Assembly: GCA_958009085.1 (NCBI GenBank)
Contig: OY253672.1
Location: 1,178,001 to 1,242,000 of the forward strand
Length of the DNA stretch: 64,000 nucleotides
Source of the DNA: Protoeuglena noctilucae
Taxonomy: Eukaryota
Reading direction: 5' to 3'
Under the pieces are notes generated by a model. It saw only the letters and a program-made list of their open reading frames with translations. It searched no databases and had not been told where the DNA came from. Position 1 is the stretch's first letter, and each line of letters opens with the position of its first letter. The position numbers and the translations under genes were made by a program. Below are positions 1-11,700 of this stretch, piece by piece.

Positions 1-2309
1 GAGGCTGGCGAGTCCCGTGGCGAAGTGGGGCCAGGAGGGCAGGCGAGGCGCCGCCATGCGGATGGCCTCAATGGCGAAGGCGAACATGGCGCTGCCGGGC
101 GGCTTGGTGGCGAGGAAGACCAGGAGGGCCTCCAGGCACCAGGAGAGGTCGGGCCCGGTCAGCACGGACGAGCGGAGCATGGACCCGAGGAGCTGCGTGA
201 CGACGTGCCGCTCGCGGTCGGGGTACTCGTCGAAGTGGACGAACTCGTCCAGCAGAGACTGGACCATGCAGTCCTTGACCTGCTGCTGGCGGGCGACCAG
301 CGACTGCGAGAAGCGCTGCAGCATCTGCGTGGCGTCCGCGATAGTCAGCTTGCCGTGGAAGATCTGGTCGAAGTAGTCGTTCGCCTCGTTGTTGATGTCC
401 TCGGGCCACTGCGGGCGGGGCCAGGGGGCGCGACGGTGGCGACGTGGGGCGGACGGGGACAGGAACACGGCGCAGTGCAGATGCTCTCAACCAGGACCCT
501 CAGCCGCAGGCTGTCGAAAGCATGCCACCTCCTTCGCTCAAGACTGTCAGCCGTAAGCACTCGGCCCCACCGACACCATCGTATGCAACGCAACCCCATG
601 CACGCCTCTCGCCTGCTGCTCCTGCCGTGGCTCTGGCTCCAGCGTCTGTTCTTGCTGCTGGAGCTGCTGGATCTCGTGCACGCGCTGCAGGGCCACCTCG
701 TCCTGCTGCTGCATCATGCCAGAATGCTTCGCCAGGACGCGGTTGATGATGGCCTGGACGGTCGGCGTGAGGCGGATGCGGGAGATGAGGTTCTCGGGCT
801 TGAGCTTCTCGGCGAGGAAGCGGATGATCATGCGGATGAAGTTGAGCTGGCCCTGCTGGACCTTGGAGGTGAGCCAGGCCTCGAGGTCAAAGTACTCGCG
901 TCGGCTGGCGGTGCACGCGATGTCCATGGCGATGTAGGCGGGGGCGACCTCGATGAAGACCCCGATCTGCCCGATGGCCTGGACGGCCTCCACGATCGAG
1001 GAGACGGCCGTGGGGTCCTTCGAGTACATAGCCGCCATCACGCTCACCACCGCGTCGCGGCGCACGGCCCACAGGCGCGAGAGCACGATGCGGTTCTCGG
1101 GGCTCGCGCTCACGTACGACTGGAGCAGGTAGTGGAAGAGGTTGCCGTGCTGCGGGGGCGGGCGGGGGCGCGCCTCGTCAGGCCGGGCTGAGGGTCAGGC
1201 CCGCGTGGGGCGTGGCGAGCGGAGGTGCAGGCACGCACCAGGGCCATCCACTCCCCACCGGCGTGCGCGGTGGAGATGATGAGGACCTCGGGGCACAGCT
1301 TGACCGCGGGCTCGAGGACCTCTCGCACTGCGTCGTGGAGCTGCCCGCCGTTCCAGTCAAAGAGCCGCGCCAGAGTGTCGATCAGATCCGGGCACGCCCA
1401 CGCGCCGTTGGGCGTCCCCATCGGCGACGACCGCCCGGGGATGCCCTCGACGGGCTCGATCTTGCGCGCCGCGTGCCTGCGAGGGCGGTCGTCGCAGAGA
1501 TGCTTGCGACGCCCCGTGCCAGGCCGGGCGCGGGGCAGGGCGAGCCTGGCCGGTTGGATTCGATCGGCAACGGTGGGCTGTCGCACTCACGCGAAGGAGA
1601 AGAGCGGGTCGAGGGTGGCCGCCTTGAGGATGGACAGCTGCGCGGGGGCGTTCTTCCAGAGCGTGACGATGAGCGGCGGCAGGGGGAACGGCCCGCCCAC
1701 GATCAGACGGAAGGACTGCGCCATCCGCGAGAAGGCCGCGAAGTCCGCGAGCACCCACTCGGGCTGGTCCATCAAGCCAATGACCTTCCCCCAGTCCAGG
1801 CTGCGCGGGGAAGGGCCGGGAGGCACGGTCGTGGGCCCTCGCGTGACGGCGCGGGGTCAGAGGCAGAGCTGGCACGCCTCGGCGGCGCGGCGCGCGCGGG
1901 GCAGCGGCAGAGGCGACGCAACGTCCACGCAGCCGGGACCCACCTCGGATTGGCCTCGCGGAGGCATTCGAAGACCGGGCCGAAGTTCCACTCGCCATCC
2001 TTGGGCTTGGTGCGGAGCATGGCGACAAACATGAGGGCGACGGCCTCCTCCGTGATCTTGCCCGTGCCGGCGAGGCGCACCACGCTTTGAAACTGCACAG
2101 GCGAGCCCGGCGAGGCCTCCGACGCAGATGCCACGCATCCGCGCTGTCTCTGGCGCCAACCGCAGACAGCGGCGGGCACGGTGCTCGCGGCGCGGCCCCC
2201 TTCCGCGGCGAAAGTGGCGCCCGGTCACCTGCTGCTTGTTCACGGTGCAGGACGCCCCCATGTCCGATACCAGCCCCGCCATGGCGCCCACTCCAAGGGT
2301 GTCACCCAT
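1..2309 (-). CDS. NOT1: CCR4-NOT transcription complex subunit 1, N-terminal part (multi-exon; continues beyond the left edge of the window)
   Basis: Spliced segments read MGDTLGVGAMAGLVSDMGASCT..., LDWGKVIGLMDQPEW, LWKNAPAQLSILK, AWACPDLIDTL, CTASRREYFDLEAWL and EDINNEANDYFDQIF...FDEYPDRE. These match the CNOT1 HEAT and TTP-binding regions. Confidence 0.88.
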
Positions 2310-2784
2310 CCTGCACCCGCTCCTCCGCGCGGCGCCCGCCCCCGGAGAGGAAAGTCACCCAGCTTGCCCCCCGACGCGTGCGTGCCTTGCAAGCCCCCCG
2401 CAGGCCGTTCTCAAACTCACTCCCGATCGAATGCTATGATGGTTGCGATCCCGACAGACGCGGGTCATCCGTTCGAGTCCGGAAAGGCCGGAGAGAACCA
2501 ACGTCGCCAGGCTCTTCAGATCCCGGCGGAGTCGTGGCATAAGACGTTCCCGGAACGGCCATCGCGCCGACAACGAAAGCCGGAGCGCGAACGGGGTCTG
2601 ACACGAGGGATCTGATAGCGGGTAAACTTTTGCTCACTCTCGGGGCCGTCTGCGACCGTGATACTTTGCCACGCAGCAGATAAAATCGACTTCAACGTCA
2701 GGGGCGCGAGAGAGCACGTCAAGGCGGCCGGAGAGGAGGGGGGGACTGCGTTGAGCCTCGCCATCCACTTTACTGCGAGTGCAG

Positions 2785-3996
2785 TTACAGCTGAGCGAGG
2801 GAGCGCCACCCGTACGCCTCGAGCTCCTTGCGCAGCGCCCTGTGAGGGTCAGGGTCGAGCAGATAGGGGTCAGATACTCGACGCGCGACCCGCGTGCGGC
2901 AGCGGGGCGCTCCGCAGTCGCCCTACCTGATCCGCTTCCGGTTGATCTGCCCGTCAGACTCGCCGATACGGGAGGCGGACCTGGGGCCAGGGGGGAGCTG
3001 TCGCGTCACCCACACAGCCAGAGCAGCCGTGGCCATGGCGGGTCGCTGCTTGCGCCGCACGCCGGCCCCCTCCCAGGTGCGCACCTGTACTCGACCTGCG
3101 TGTTGCCCTTGAACCAGAACTCGACGTCGTCGATGAAGCCGAACGTGGGGGACTCGTACTCCACGTACCTGAGCGCGATAAAGGCCAGATATATTACGAC
3201 ACGTGATCAAACACAAGGGGTGCTCTCTCAAGTCCAACGCTCGACCCCAGGCTCACAGGTATTCCTTCTCCTGCTTGACGACCTTGGGCGTGAAGCCATC
3301 GGGCTTGGTCGACTCCACGGCCTGCGAGTGCGGTAGAAGTCGCATTGCATGCATGCCACGCAACATGCAGAGCACTCCTCAACGATTGGGAATGGCCATC
3401 TCATTTGCAGCTCGCCTGCACGAGTTCCTTCATGGCCTGCTCCTCGGTCTTGCCCGTCTTCTGCGGGGCACGGGCCGATGGGATGTACCAAGCGCGTCCC
3501 GCGACACACACGCCACAGCCGCTGGCACGCCCGTCTCCTCACCTTGGCGTCGTAGGTCCAGGCCGGCACGAAGTGCTGCGGGTCGTTGGCCGCCTCGGAC
3601 GTCGACACGCAGTTCGGCGTCGGCGGGCAAAGGTTGAGCTGCTTGACGCCGCCGCCATAGTCCTGCACGCCGAGGCCCGTGGGCCGGGGCGCGGCACCGA
3701 TGGGGAGAAGCGCGCCGAGGAGGCCGACGTTGACCGAGTAGAGCATCAGCTCGCGCCGGCTCTTGGCAGCGCACACCACGGACTTCCGGGGCGCAGCTGC
3801 GCTTGAGGCGGCCTGCGAGCCGATCGCGACGGTTGCCCTGCGGCACAGCCATGTGATTCCAATATATAACTCATCGCAACCACTTCCGCATCCTGGTCAA
3901 GCTCCTGTCTGCCGCAATTTGTCGTGGATCAACGTCCCCCCAGCGGTGCTCGAAGAGCTGTCGAAAGCCCCCGAGGAACCCGCACCTGGACATCAT
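2785..3996 (-). CDS. DUF1499-family chloroplast (thylakoid-associated) protein, multi-exon
   Basis: Transit-peptide-like start MMSRATVAIGSQAASSAAAPRKSVVCAAKSRRELM. Motifs LNLCPPTPNCVSTS, YVEYESPTFGFIDDVEFWF and RSASRIGESDGQINRKRIRALRKELEAYGW. TAA at 2785-2787. Confidence 0.88.
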
Positions 3997-4317
3997 CGTG
4001 GCAAAGTTGACGGGTGGGTGTCACGCAAAGCGCGAAGACGTCGCGAATGTGCAGTGCACTAGGCAGGCGGAGATGAGGCGCTGCCAGCCGCTGTCCTCGA
4101 TAAGCCCACCGTGCGGTGATGAAGAGCTAGCTAAAAACATGCCGCGGATGATCACACGCTGTGGATGACGCGCCACAGAGTTTGCCAGACCATCGGCACA
4201 GACTGGCTGGCTCCTCAGGAGCGAAGGATTAGCAGCAACGACGAGTACTCCCCAAGTGCATTTCGCTTCTCGCATGCTAGTCGATGGGAGCACCTGCTGC
4301 GCACGGATCCCGTCGGT

Positions 4318-6681
4318 ATGCTGTTTGTGCACGTCGGTCAATGCGGCAACCAAGTGGGCAGCGAAATCTGGAGCCGGGTGGAGCATGACGCCAACTCTAT
4401 CGCTAGTACCTCGGACGCGGGACCCTCCAGCGTCGGGCAGCTCGACTGCTTCCTAAGAAACAACCGGCGAGGTGGGTCCACGCCATGGGCTGTCGGCCAA
4501 TTGATAAAAAGGCGTGAACGTGGATCCTGTTGACGGCAACGTCTCGACCGCCTGGCTGTCTTGCAGGCGGCGTACAGGCCCGGGCCGTCCTCGTAGACAC
4601 GGAGCCCAAGGTGCGGGCTTGGTCCAGGCTTTCCTGAGGCTTGGTGGAGCATGAGATCCTAGTTGCTTCCTTCCAGCAGCGATGACCGCGTCGTGCTGCG
4701 CAGGTGGTGGCCAAGCTCCGGCAGACGGAGATCCTCCGCGAGGCACCGGTGGCGACGGCGCAGCAGGGTCGTGGCAACAACTGGGCGTTTGGTTTCCACG
4801 GTCTCTCGAAGCTCAAACGCAGGAAGCGCGACGGGCCTCAGTGGGTGACGTGCCGTGCCCATCCATGCCTGGTGCCCAGCGCCTGGGGCTGGCGGATTGA
4901 GGCGTCGCTGTGATGTGATGCCACTGCTGCGCCCTGGCCTGCGCAGGGTGCGGTGCGCGACCCGGACGAAGCGTGCAAGCCGCGGTGGCACAACGCTGTG
5001 GAAATCGCCAGAGAGGCGCGGTATGCGACGGAGGAGTCGACGGTGCTGCCTCGCGCCCTGGAGGCCCTGCGGCGCGAGGCCGAGGCCTGCGACGGGCCCT
5101 GCGAGATCGTGCTAGGTCAGTGGCGAACCGCGTGCGCGCGATGAAGGAGGGGAGAGTGTCGATGCGCGAGCCTGGCTGGTGCAGCGGCGGCTGCGGGTCA
5201 GGAGCGCGGCGCTGGGCTGCGATCTCCGCAGTGCATTCCCTGGGGGGCGGCACGGGCTCGGGTCTCGGCGCGCGCATTCTCGAAGCGATGCGGACGGAGA
5301 TGTTTCGGCGCAACTTCATTCTGTGCGCGGCCGTGGGCCCCGACGCCCGGGGCGACACGGTGCTGCAGCCGTACAACGCCGCGCTGTGCTTGGACAAGCA
5401 CCAGCAGCACGCGGACGCCGTGGCGTTGTTCCGGAACGGCACGATCCTGGAGGCGCTGTCGGGCCGGGGCGGGAGGGGCCGGGGGCTGGCGATGGAGGAC
5501 GTCAACAGCTACGTTGCAGCGAGCCTGCTGGGTGCGCTGGCCCCGGTGGGGTGAGTGATGTGTGTAGAGTCCAGGGCCGGTGCTCGGTGCGTCTCAGGTG
5601 CTACCTCTGACGGGCGGCCCTGATTTGTGTGATGCAGACCGGGGCGGGAGTCGCGGGGAGGGTCGCTCGTGGCGCAAGTCGCACCACACCCTCAGTGCAA
5701 GGTCTTCGACATCCAGTGCGCATCCATCAGGTGAGGGAATGCCGCTGCAGTTTGCTGGATATGAGGTGCCGGGGAGGCTGGGGCCAGGGTTGTGGGGCAC
5801 GTGCTGTAACGTTTCACCACCGGCGCGCGCAGCATGGAGCATGCGCCCCTCGGGTCCCACGCGTCGACGTGGAGCGACGTGGCGCGTCTACTGGCAGGCC
5901 TGGCACCGCGGGGGACAGCAGCAGGCAACCCCAACACGAGCGCAGCCACAGCCGTGACAGCGTGGGTACGGTGCCGGGCGTGGGGAGGCAGTTGCCTGGG
6001 TGACCAGTCGCTTACGGCGGTCTCCAGGATTGCACAACACACGACAGGCTGTGGTGCCCTTGCTGGCATGCAGGGTCTCGACTTGGCTGCTCTCCCAGAC
6101 CACCCCGACCCACGCGCCCCGCCCAAGGCCATGCCAAGCAACGCAGAGGAGAAGGAGGCGCTCTGGGTCAGCTCCGTGCTGTCCTCTTTCCACAAATCGA
6201 GCGGATACCGGCACCTCGCATGGGCCGGGCCAGAGGTGGCTCTGGAATACAGCCCTTGGTGCCCAGCCATGGTCTCCACAACGCTCTCGGCGGGCCCGGG
6301 CACTCCCGGGGATCGGAAAGCCGCCGCGCAGCTCAGCTCGCGGGGGCAAGTGTCTCGGTGAGGGCAGCAGCGTTGCTGCTCATTGCTCGGTGCACACGAC
6401 AGGTCCCGCCGTCACCTGGGGTGCTCATCCCACATGGCACCTCCGCTGCTGTTCCGCAGGAACGCGATGCCGGGTCGGCACCAGACGCTGACGGTGGCTT
6501 CGAACCGAGTGGAGGTGGCGGACTACCTCGAGTCGATACAGGCACGGGGGGCGGAGCTGGCACAGGCGGGAGCATACTTTCATTGGTACAGCAAGTACGG
6601 GGTGGCAAGAGAGCAGATCGAGGACGCCCTGGAGAACCTAGCGGGGGTGGCCGACAGCTACCGGGCCGTCCACAAAACGTG
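4318..6681 (+). CDS. Divergent tubulin, most likely zeta (eta/cryptic) tubulin; delta-tubulin is the alternative
   Basis: MLFVHVGQCGNQVG, ARAVLVDTEPK, GRGNNWAFGFHG, HSLGGGTGSGLG (tubulin signature), VLQPYNAALCL and C-terminal GAYFHWYSKYG. The GRGNNWA variant and the overall divergence resemble zeta-tubulins. Confidence 0.8.
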
Positions 6682-6737
6682 ACGAGGGTATATCTGGAAG
6701 AGGAACGCGCCATACAGGCTGGGGTGACCCTGCAGCG

Positions 6738-8324
6738 TCACAGGGCCCCGAAGAAAGGGTTGTTCATGGCGCTGTCCAGCTCGGCCATCGCCCCGCGCAG
6801 CAGCTCCTCGTTGACGGCCTCACGCTCCATGACCAGCGTGGTGCCCGTCTTCTGAAACCCCGCGATTTCCAAGAACTGCATGCCCTCCGGCAAGCATCCC
6901 ACGCGGTTCTGCGGGCGGAGGGACGAGTCGCGAGGTCACGATCCACCTTGAGGGGTACGAGCCAGTCGCTTGGGCGTGTGAAGGCGATCTAGCGGAAGCG
7001 ATGGACCTAGCAGCAAACGCCCCAGCAGCCGCGCAGTGAAGCGTCTCGCCTGGAACGCGGCGTTCTCCAGGTTGATCCGGCGGTACTTGTCCTCGTCGGG
7101 ACTCCGCAGCACGTTCCCGATGTACGCCGCCAGCGTCTTGAACGCCACGGGCGCCAACGCCTCGTGATCCTTCTTCAGCGCCACCAGGGCGTCCCGGAGG
7201 CGCGTGAGCGCCGTCACCGGCTGCATCGCGATCGAGGAGCGGGTGGGTGCGTGAGAACCCGCGCCAAGCGGAGTTGCAAGACCCCGCCAAACATGGCCCG
7301 CCCTCGTCACCTTGACCACCCCGCCGAACCTCTTCGCCTCTGCCTCCTGCTTCTGGCGTTCCTTCTCCGCCTCCGCTGCCTTCTCCTCCTCCGTCAGCTC
7401 CTCGGGGAGGCCCAGCGCCCGCCGCCGCTCCCTTCTGCAAACCCATAGCACGCAGCCCCGTCACTGCCAACCGCCCTCGCCGGCCCTCCTTGCACTGACG
7501 CAACGCTCGCCTGTCCGCCTCCAGCTTGGCCTTCACGGCAGCCATCGCCCGCTCCTTCTCCTCCCTCTCCTTCTGCCTCTCGATCTGCAGCCGCATGCGC
7601 GCCTGGTCCTCCTCAATCCGACGGGCCTCGGCTATCTCCCTCCCCATGCGGATCCGCATCTTTTCCCTGTTCAGGTCCGCCTCTTTCTCCTGCTTGGCCC
7701 GCAACTCCCTCGCTCGCTTCAGGCGCTGCTCCAGCTCCTCCTTGGTCAGCTTCTGCAACGCAGGGCGACGGCACGCGTAAACACAGCGGCGCAACAGGGT
7801 ACACGATATCTTCGCGGGAGGACGCTCTGCCGTCCTCGCCTTCTTTTTCGATGTCGCTGACTCCTTCGGCACCACCAGCTCGTCGTCCAGGTCGTTGTCC
7901 TCGGCATGCTCCTCGAGCCAGTTGAGAGCGCCCTCGACGGTCGAGTTCCCCGAGAAATACGCGGCGCGGACGGCGCGGTTCGGCGAGAAACCGAACTCCA
8001 AAAGTTGCTTGATGATCTCCGCGTTCACCTGCGCCAAGGGAGCGTCAATATTGGCGAGTTGGTGCGCACGAGGTGTGCTGGCGACATCTCGTGTTCTTGG
8101 GCGCCAGCTCCTATCCACGGTTGAGCTGCTCATGCTGATGATGCAGGCGAACCTACCTCCGGGGGCACAAGCTCCTCCTGCTGCGCGGATCCGGCATTTT
8201 CCCCGCCCTCGTCCGCCTGCGAGGCAGCCTGCTGCCCTTCAGCTGGCCCCGCGTCCGCCGAACCGACAGGCGCTTCGGTGGCTTCATTCGATGCAGGCGC
8301 AGTGACCGATGGATCCCCCTCCAT
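6738..8324 (-). CDS. UBA and PUB (PUG) domain protein, putative p97/CDC48 cofactor
   Basis: ELVPPE|VNAEIIKQLLEFGFSPNRAVRAAYFSGNSTVEGALNWLEEH (UBA), a charged coiled coil, FKTLAAYIGNVLRSPDEDKYRRINLENAAFQ (PUB), and C-terminus LDSAMNNPFFGAL followed by TGA at 6738-6740. Confidence 0.85.
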
Positions 8325-8704
8325 GCTCCAGTCCGATGCAGCCAAGGACGTGAACCAACGGAGCCCTCGCGAGCTCGAGGTTGATGAATCCGGCCGGCGC
8401 GATGTACCGCAAACGAGTGAAGATGATCTTTTCATGACAACACGAGACGCACGCAAGCTCAGAAGGCGCCAGGCGGCTCCAGGCCCTGGCAGCGTCGTGT
8501 GTCTGACCCTGGGTGTGTTGTCTACGGAACTCCGACGCATACACCGTGGCATTGTCGTCGCTGTCACAGTGCTGTCCTTTGGGTTGTGAGCGTGGAGACG
8601 GCGCAAGTGGATCATATAGCCGTGGCAGGTCGCTGGGGGCAGCCATGATGCGCCGATAGGGTGGTTGGCAGCCCGTCCGTGAAAATGACGGGCAAGGGGG
8701 AAAT

Positions 8705-11700
8705 CGGGGAGCTGGGCCCGTCCGTGCTGACGGCGGAGGATGTCCTGGACTTCACGCGCATCCTGCTGCAGGTGCACGACGTCCCCGCCGATGCTCCGCG
8801 GAAGAGTCGCAAGAGAATTGGCCCATCCGCATTCCTCGCGCTCCGTTCGTGCTCGCGCAAGAGCCTGCCATGCCTGCGCCGACTCGCTTGACCCACGCTG
8901 CCCCATGCCGCTCGGCTTCGTGTCCCGCGTGGTGCAAAAAACCGGTTTTCTATCCCCCCCCTTCCGCAGGCTCTTGGAGAAATCAAGGCTTTGCGTGAGG
9001 AGTTGGAGCCCGCCCTCAGCCGGTGAGCTTCACGCTGTCATTAGCCATCATCGATGCGTCGTCTGGGCGCGCTGCCCCGGCCTTCACCGATGCGCCTGGC
9101 CACTGGGCTGGGAAGTACGATAAGCCATCGACCTGTGCGGCGGTGTTGGGGCGGGCCCTTCGGGACGTGGCAGCGCGTCCGCGGGCCCTCACATGCAGGC
9201 TCGACGTGGCGCGCCTCTCCGCGGAGCACTCAACGGCCTTCTCCCTCCCCGGGGTCTCGCATGTGCGTCATGGAGAGCCAGTGTCAACGGTGCCGGCCAT
9301 CTCTGCCGGCGCCATGCGCGGGTGGGACGACGCGGGAGGGCAGGCGTCCCCGGGCGCGGCCTCGCGAGCCCCGGCGGACTCCGCGGCCGGCCCGCACGGG
9401 TCCCAGGGCAACGGGTTGTCGCATATTACGACTGTGGTCGACTCTGTCGCGGAAAGGAGCCCGACGGAGGCCTATGCGGGAACGGGCGGGGGCGGGGCTG
9501 GTCCCAGTGGGCCGGGGCAGGCGGGTCCCTCTGAAGGGCAACCGTCCGAGCAGCCAGGGGCCGACATCGCGGACTCCGCGGCTGCGAGCGTCGCGCTGGG
9601 AGCCGAACCTTCTCTCGCCGACGTGGACGCGGGGCCCAGCGGGGTGTTGGAAGGTGCGCCCGTCTCACCACCATCACCTGAGCTTCGGGAGCTCACTGCA
9701 AAGCGGCGCAGGCGGCCTCAGGAACGAGGACGCGAGTGTTCGGCAGCTTCATATCTGTCCTGATATCAAATGCCTGCCTCCCCACCGTCCACAGGTGCGG
9801 AAGTACTGCCGCAGATGTCCCAGACGGAGCTGCTGGCTGCGCGGCTGGACGCGGCAGTCTCCGACGCTCTGCAGCGCGTGGCGATGGGCATCACCGCGGA
9901 CATCTCATTGTCCAGCTCGGCATGGAGCGTACGCATGGGCCTGGACCGGCTGCAAGCGGCACTGGTGAGGGGCCATCCCGTCCCCGAGACGAGGGCCTGG
10001 CAGAGGGACTTACAGCTGGCACAGCGCGTTGTCCTGCTTGCCAGCATGCCTGGGCCCTGCGCCGCGCTAGGCCGCACCTGATGCATGCCCCGCGTGCCAC
10101 CCTCCGCAGCTCCGCATCCAAGAACTCGAGACCGACCTGCGCTTCCGCGCCGAGACCATCTTCAGCGTCAACGTCCCCGCGCTCCTCGACGGCCGTGTGC
10201 CGCGCGTGTCCATCCGACCCGACCGCCCCCACCCGCCCAACATCCCGACCCGGCCCCCCCCCTCCGCGCCGCGCCTGCCGCCCCTGGCCCGCGCGACGGA
10301 CGCGCCGCGACAGCGCGAGGCCGTGCGGAAGTACGTGGAGGGCCTGTTAGGGGTCCGCGTCCCGCCGGACCTCTTGCAGCGCCTGGGGCCGTCCCGTGTG
10401 GATGCGGCGGCCGCCGTCGACGCCGTCGCTGGGATCTCCGGGGTCGAAGAGCTGCCGGTGGCCCCGCCGGAGGGGCAGGGGCGCGCCGTGGGAGGGACCG
10501 CCCCTGATGCGGACCTGACCAAGGGTCCCGTGGTGCGCACCCGCCTCCGGGACATGCAGCGGCACCGCATGAAGGCGAGAGAGCGAGCATGGCTGGAGAG
10601 CGTGGATAGGAGCGGAGATGGATGCATGTTAGCTGGCAGAAGACACGTGCACGACCGCCCTCGGCCTTGTGCAAGCGCATCGTCGCAAGCAGCGTCAACT
10701 GCCCTGCGCTGTTACCTGACCGCAGCTCGCACCGCTGGGGAGCCACAGCCAGCCTATCATGGCAATACCTCGCTTGCCACGGAGGGAGGGCCCGGGGTCC
10801 GCGATGCCAGATTCGACGCTTCATCCGTTTGATGCGAGGGACTCGGGGCCTCTCTCGACAGCGGTGAGGACAGCGAGCGCTGCGACGTTGTAGCACGTGC
10901 CACGCAATGGCAGCCCACACATGCCAGTGAGCCCAGGCTTTACTGGCGCAGCTGATCCAGGTACAACCGTACAGGCCAGGGTCTCACTAACAGCCCTCTC
11001 CTGGCCCCAGGATGCGCCGCTGGTCCCCGGGACACCCTCGCAGGCCCCGAGCGGCCCTCTCGGCGCCACCGTGCGTGGCTCAGCCCTGTCCTCCACGAGC
11101 AGACCCACACGGTCCGCACGGTCCCGGTACACCACCCCGGCACACAGCGTGGGTGGGGCCCGGGCCGCCTCTGCCTCCAGGGCGGCCCGGGGCGGGGACC
11201 CAGGCGCTCTGGGCAGCTCTCAGAAGGCCTTGGATCCAGAGCACGGGGCGGGCAGGCCCGGGACACCATCGCGGGAGCAGCTGGGTCTTCGCCAGAGCGC
11301 CACGTCGGTGGACTATGAGGTCGCCCGGCTTGGGGACGTCAGTGGGACCGGGAAGCCCTTGCGGCCCATCAGGTGAGGGCAGCGACGGCCAGCGCGGGGG
11401 GTTGTCGCAGTGACGGGCTGGGCCTGCAACATTGGGGGTGACTCGCGGGCAATGAGCTGCGCTGTGCTTTTGGTGGAGAGGTGTGCTATGTTCGTGTCGC
11501 CCGCAGCATCCCGAAGCAGCTGTGGGAGGAGGCGCAGGACATGGCAGCGGGCACGAGCGGCGAGGGGCAGGACAAGGAGCACGTCTTGGTCAAGATATTC
11601 AATGGCAACATTGTGGAGGACCAGGCCTTTGCGGTGTTCTATACGCGCAATCAGCACCGGTGGAACCCCATCGCGGTGCTGCTGCTGGAGCTCGAGGAGT

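Noticed and set aside
25..1191. 388-aa plus-strand ORF and similar long ORFs (52138-53577, 57553-58995, 29733-31646, 46620-48131, 16070-17419)
   Set aside because: Antisense or alternative-frame shadows of real genes, expected from high GC3 and scarce stop codons; no recognisable domains.
2310..2787. DUF1499 to NOT1 as a bicistron
   Set aside because: The gap is 475 nt, and the DUF1499 stop itself forms TGTAA (CTG-TAA), a plausible poly(A) signal. There is room for a separate NOT1 promoter and a 5' UTR intron.
8278..8589. 103-aa plus-strand ORF upstream of IQCH as a small gene or uORF
   Set aside because: It overlaps the first exon of the UBA-PUB gene on the other strand, lies in a divergent promoter region and has no recognisable motif.
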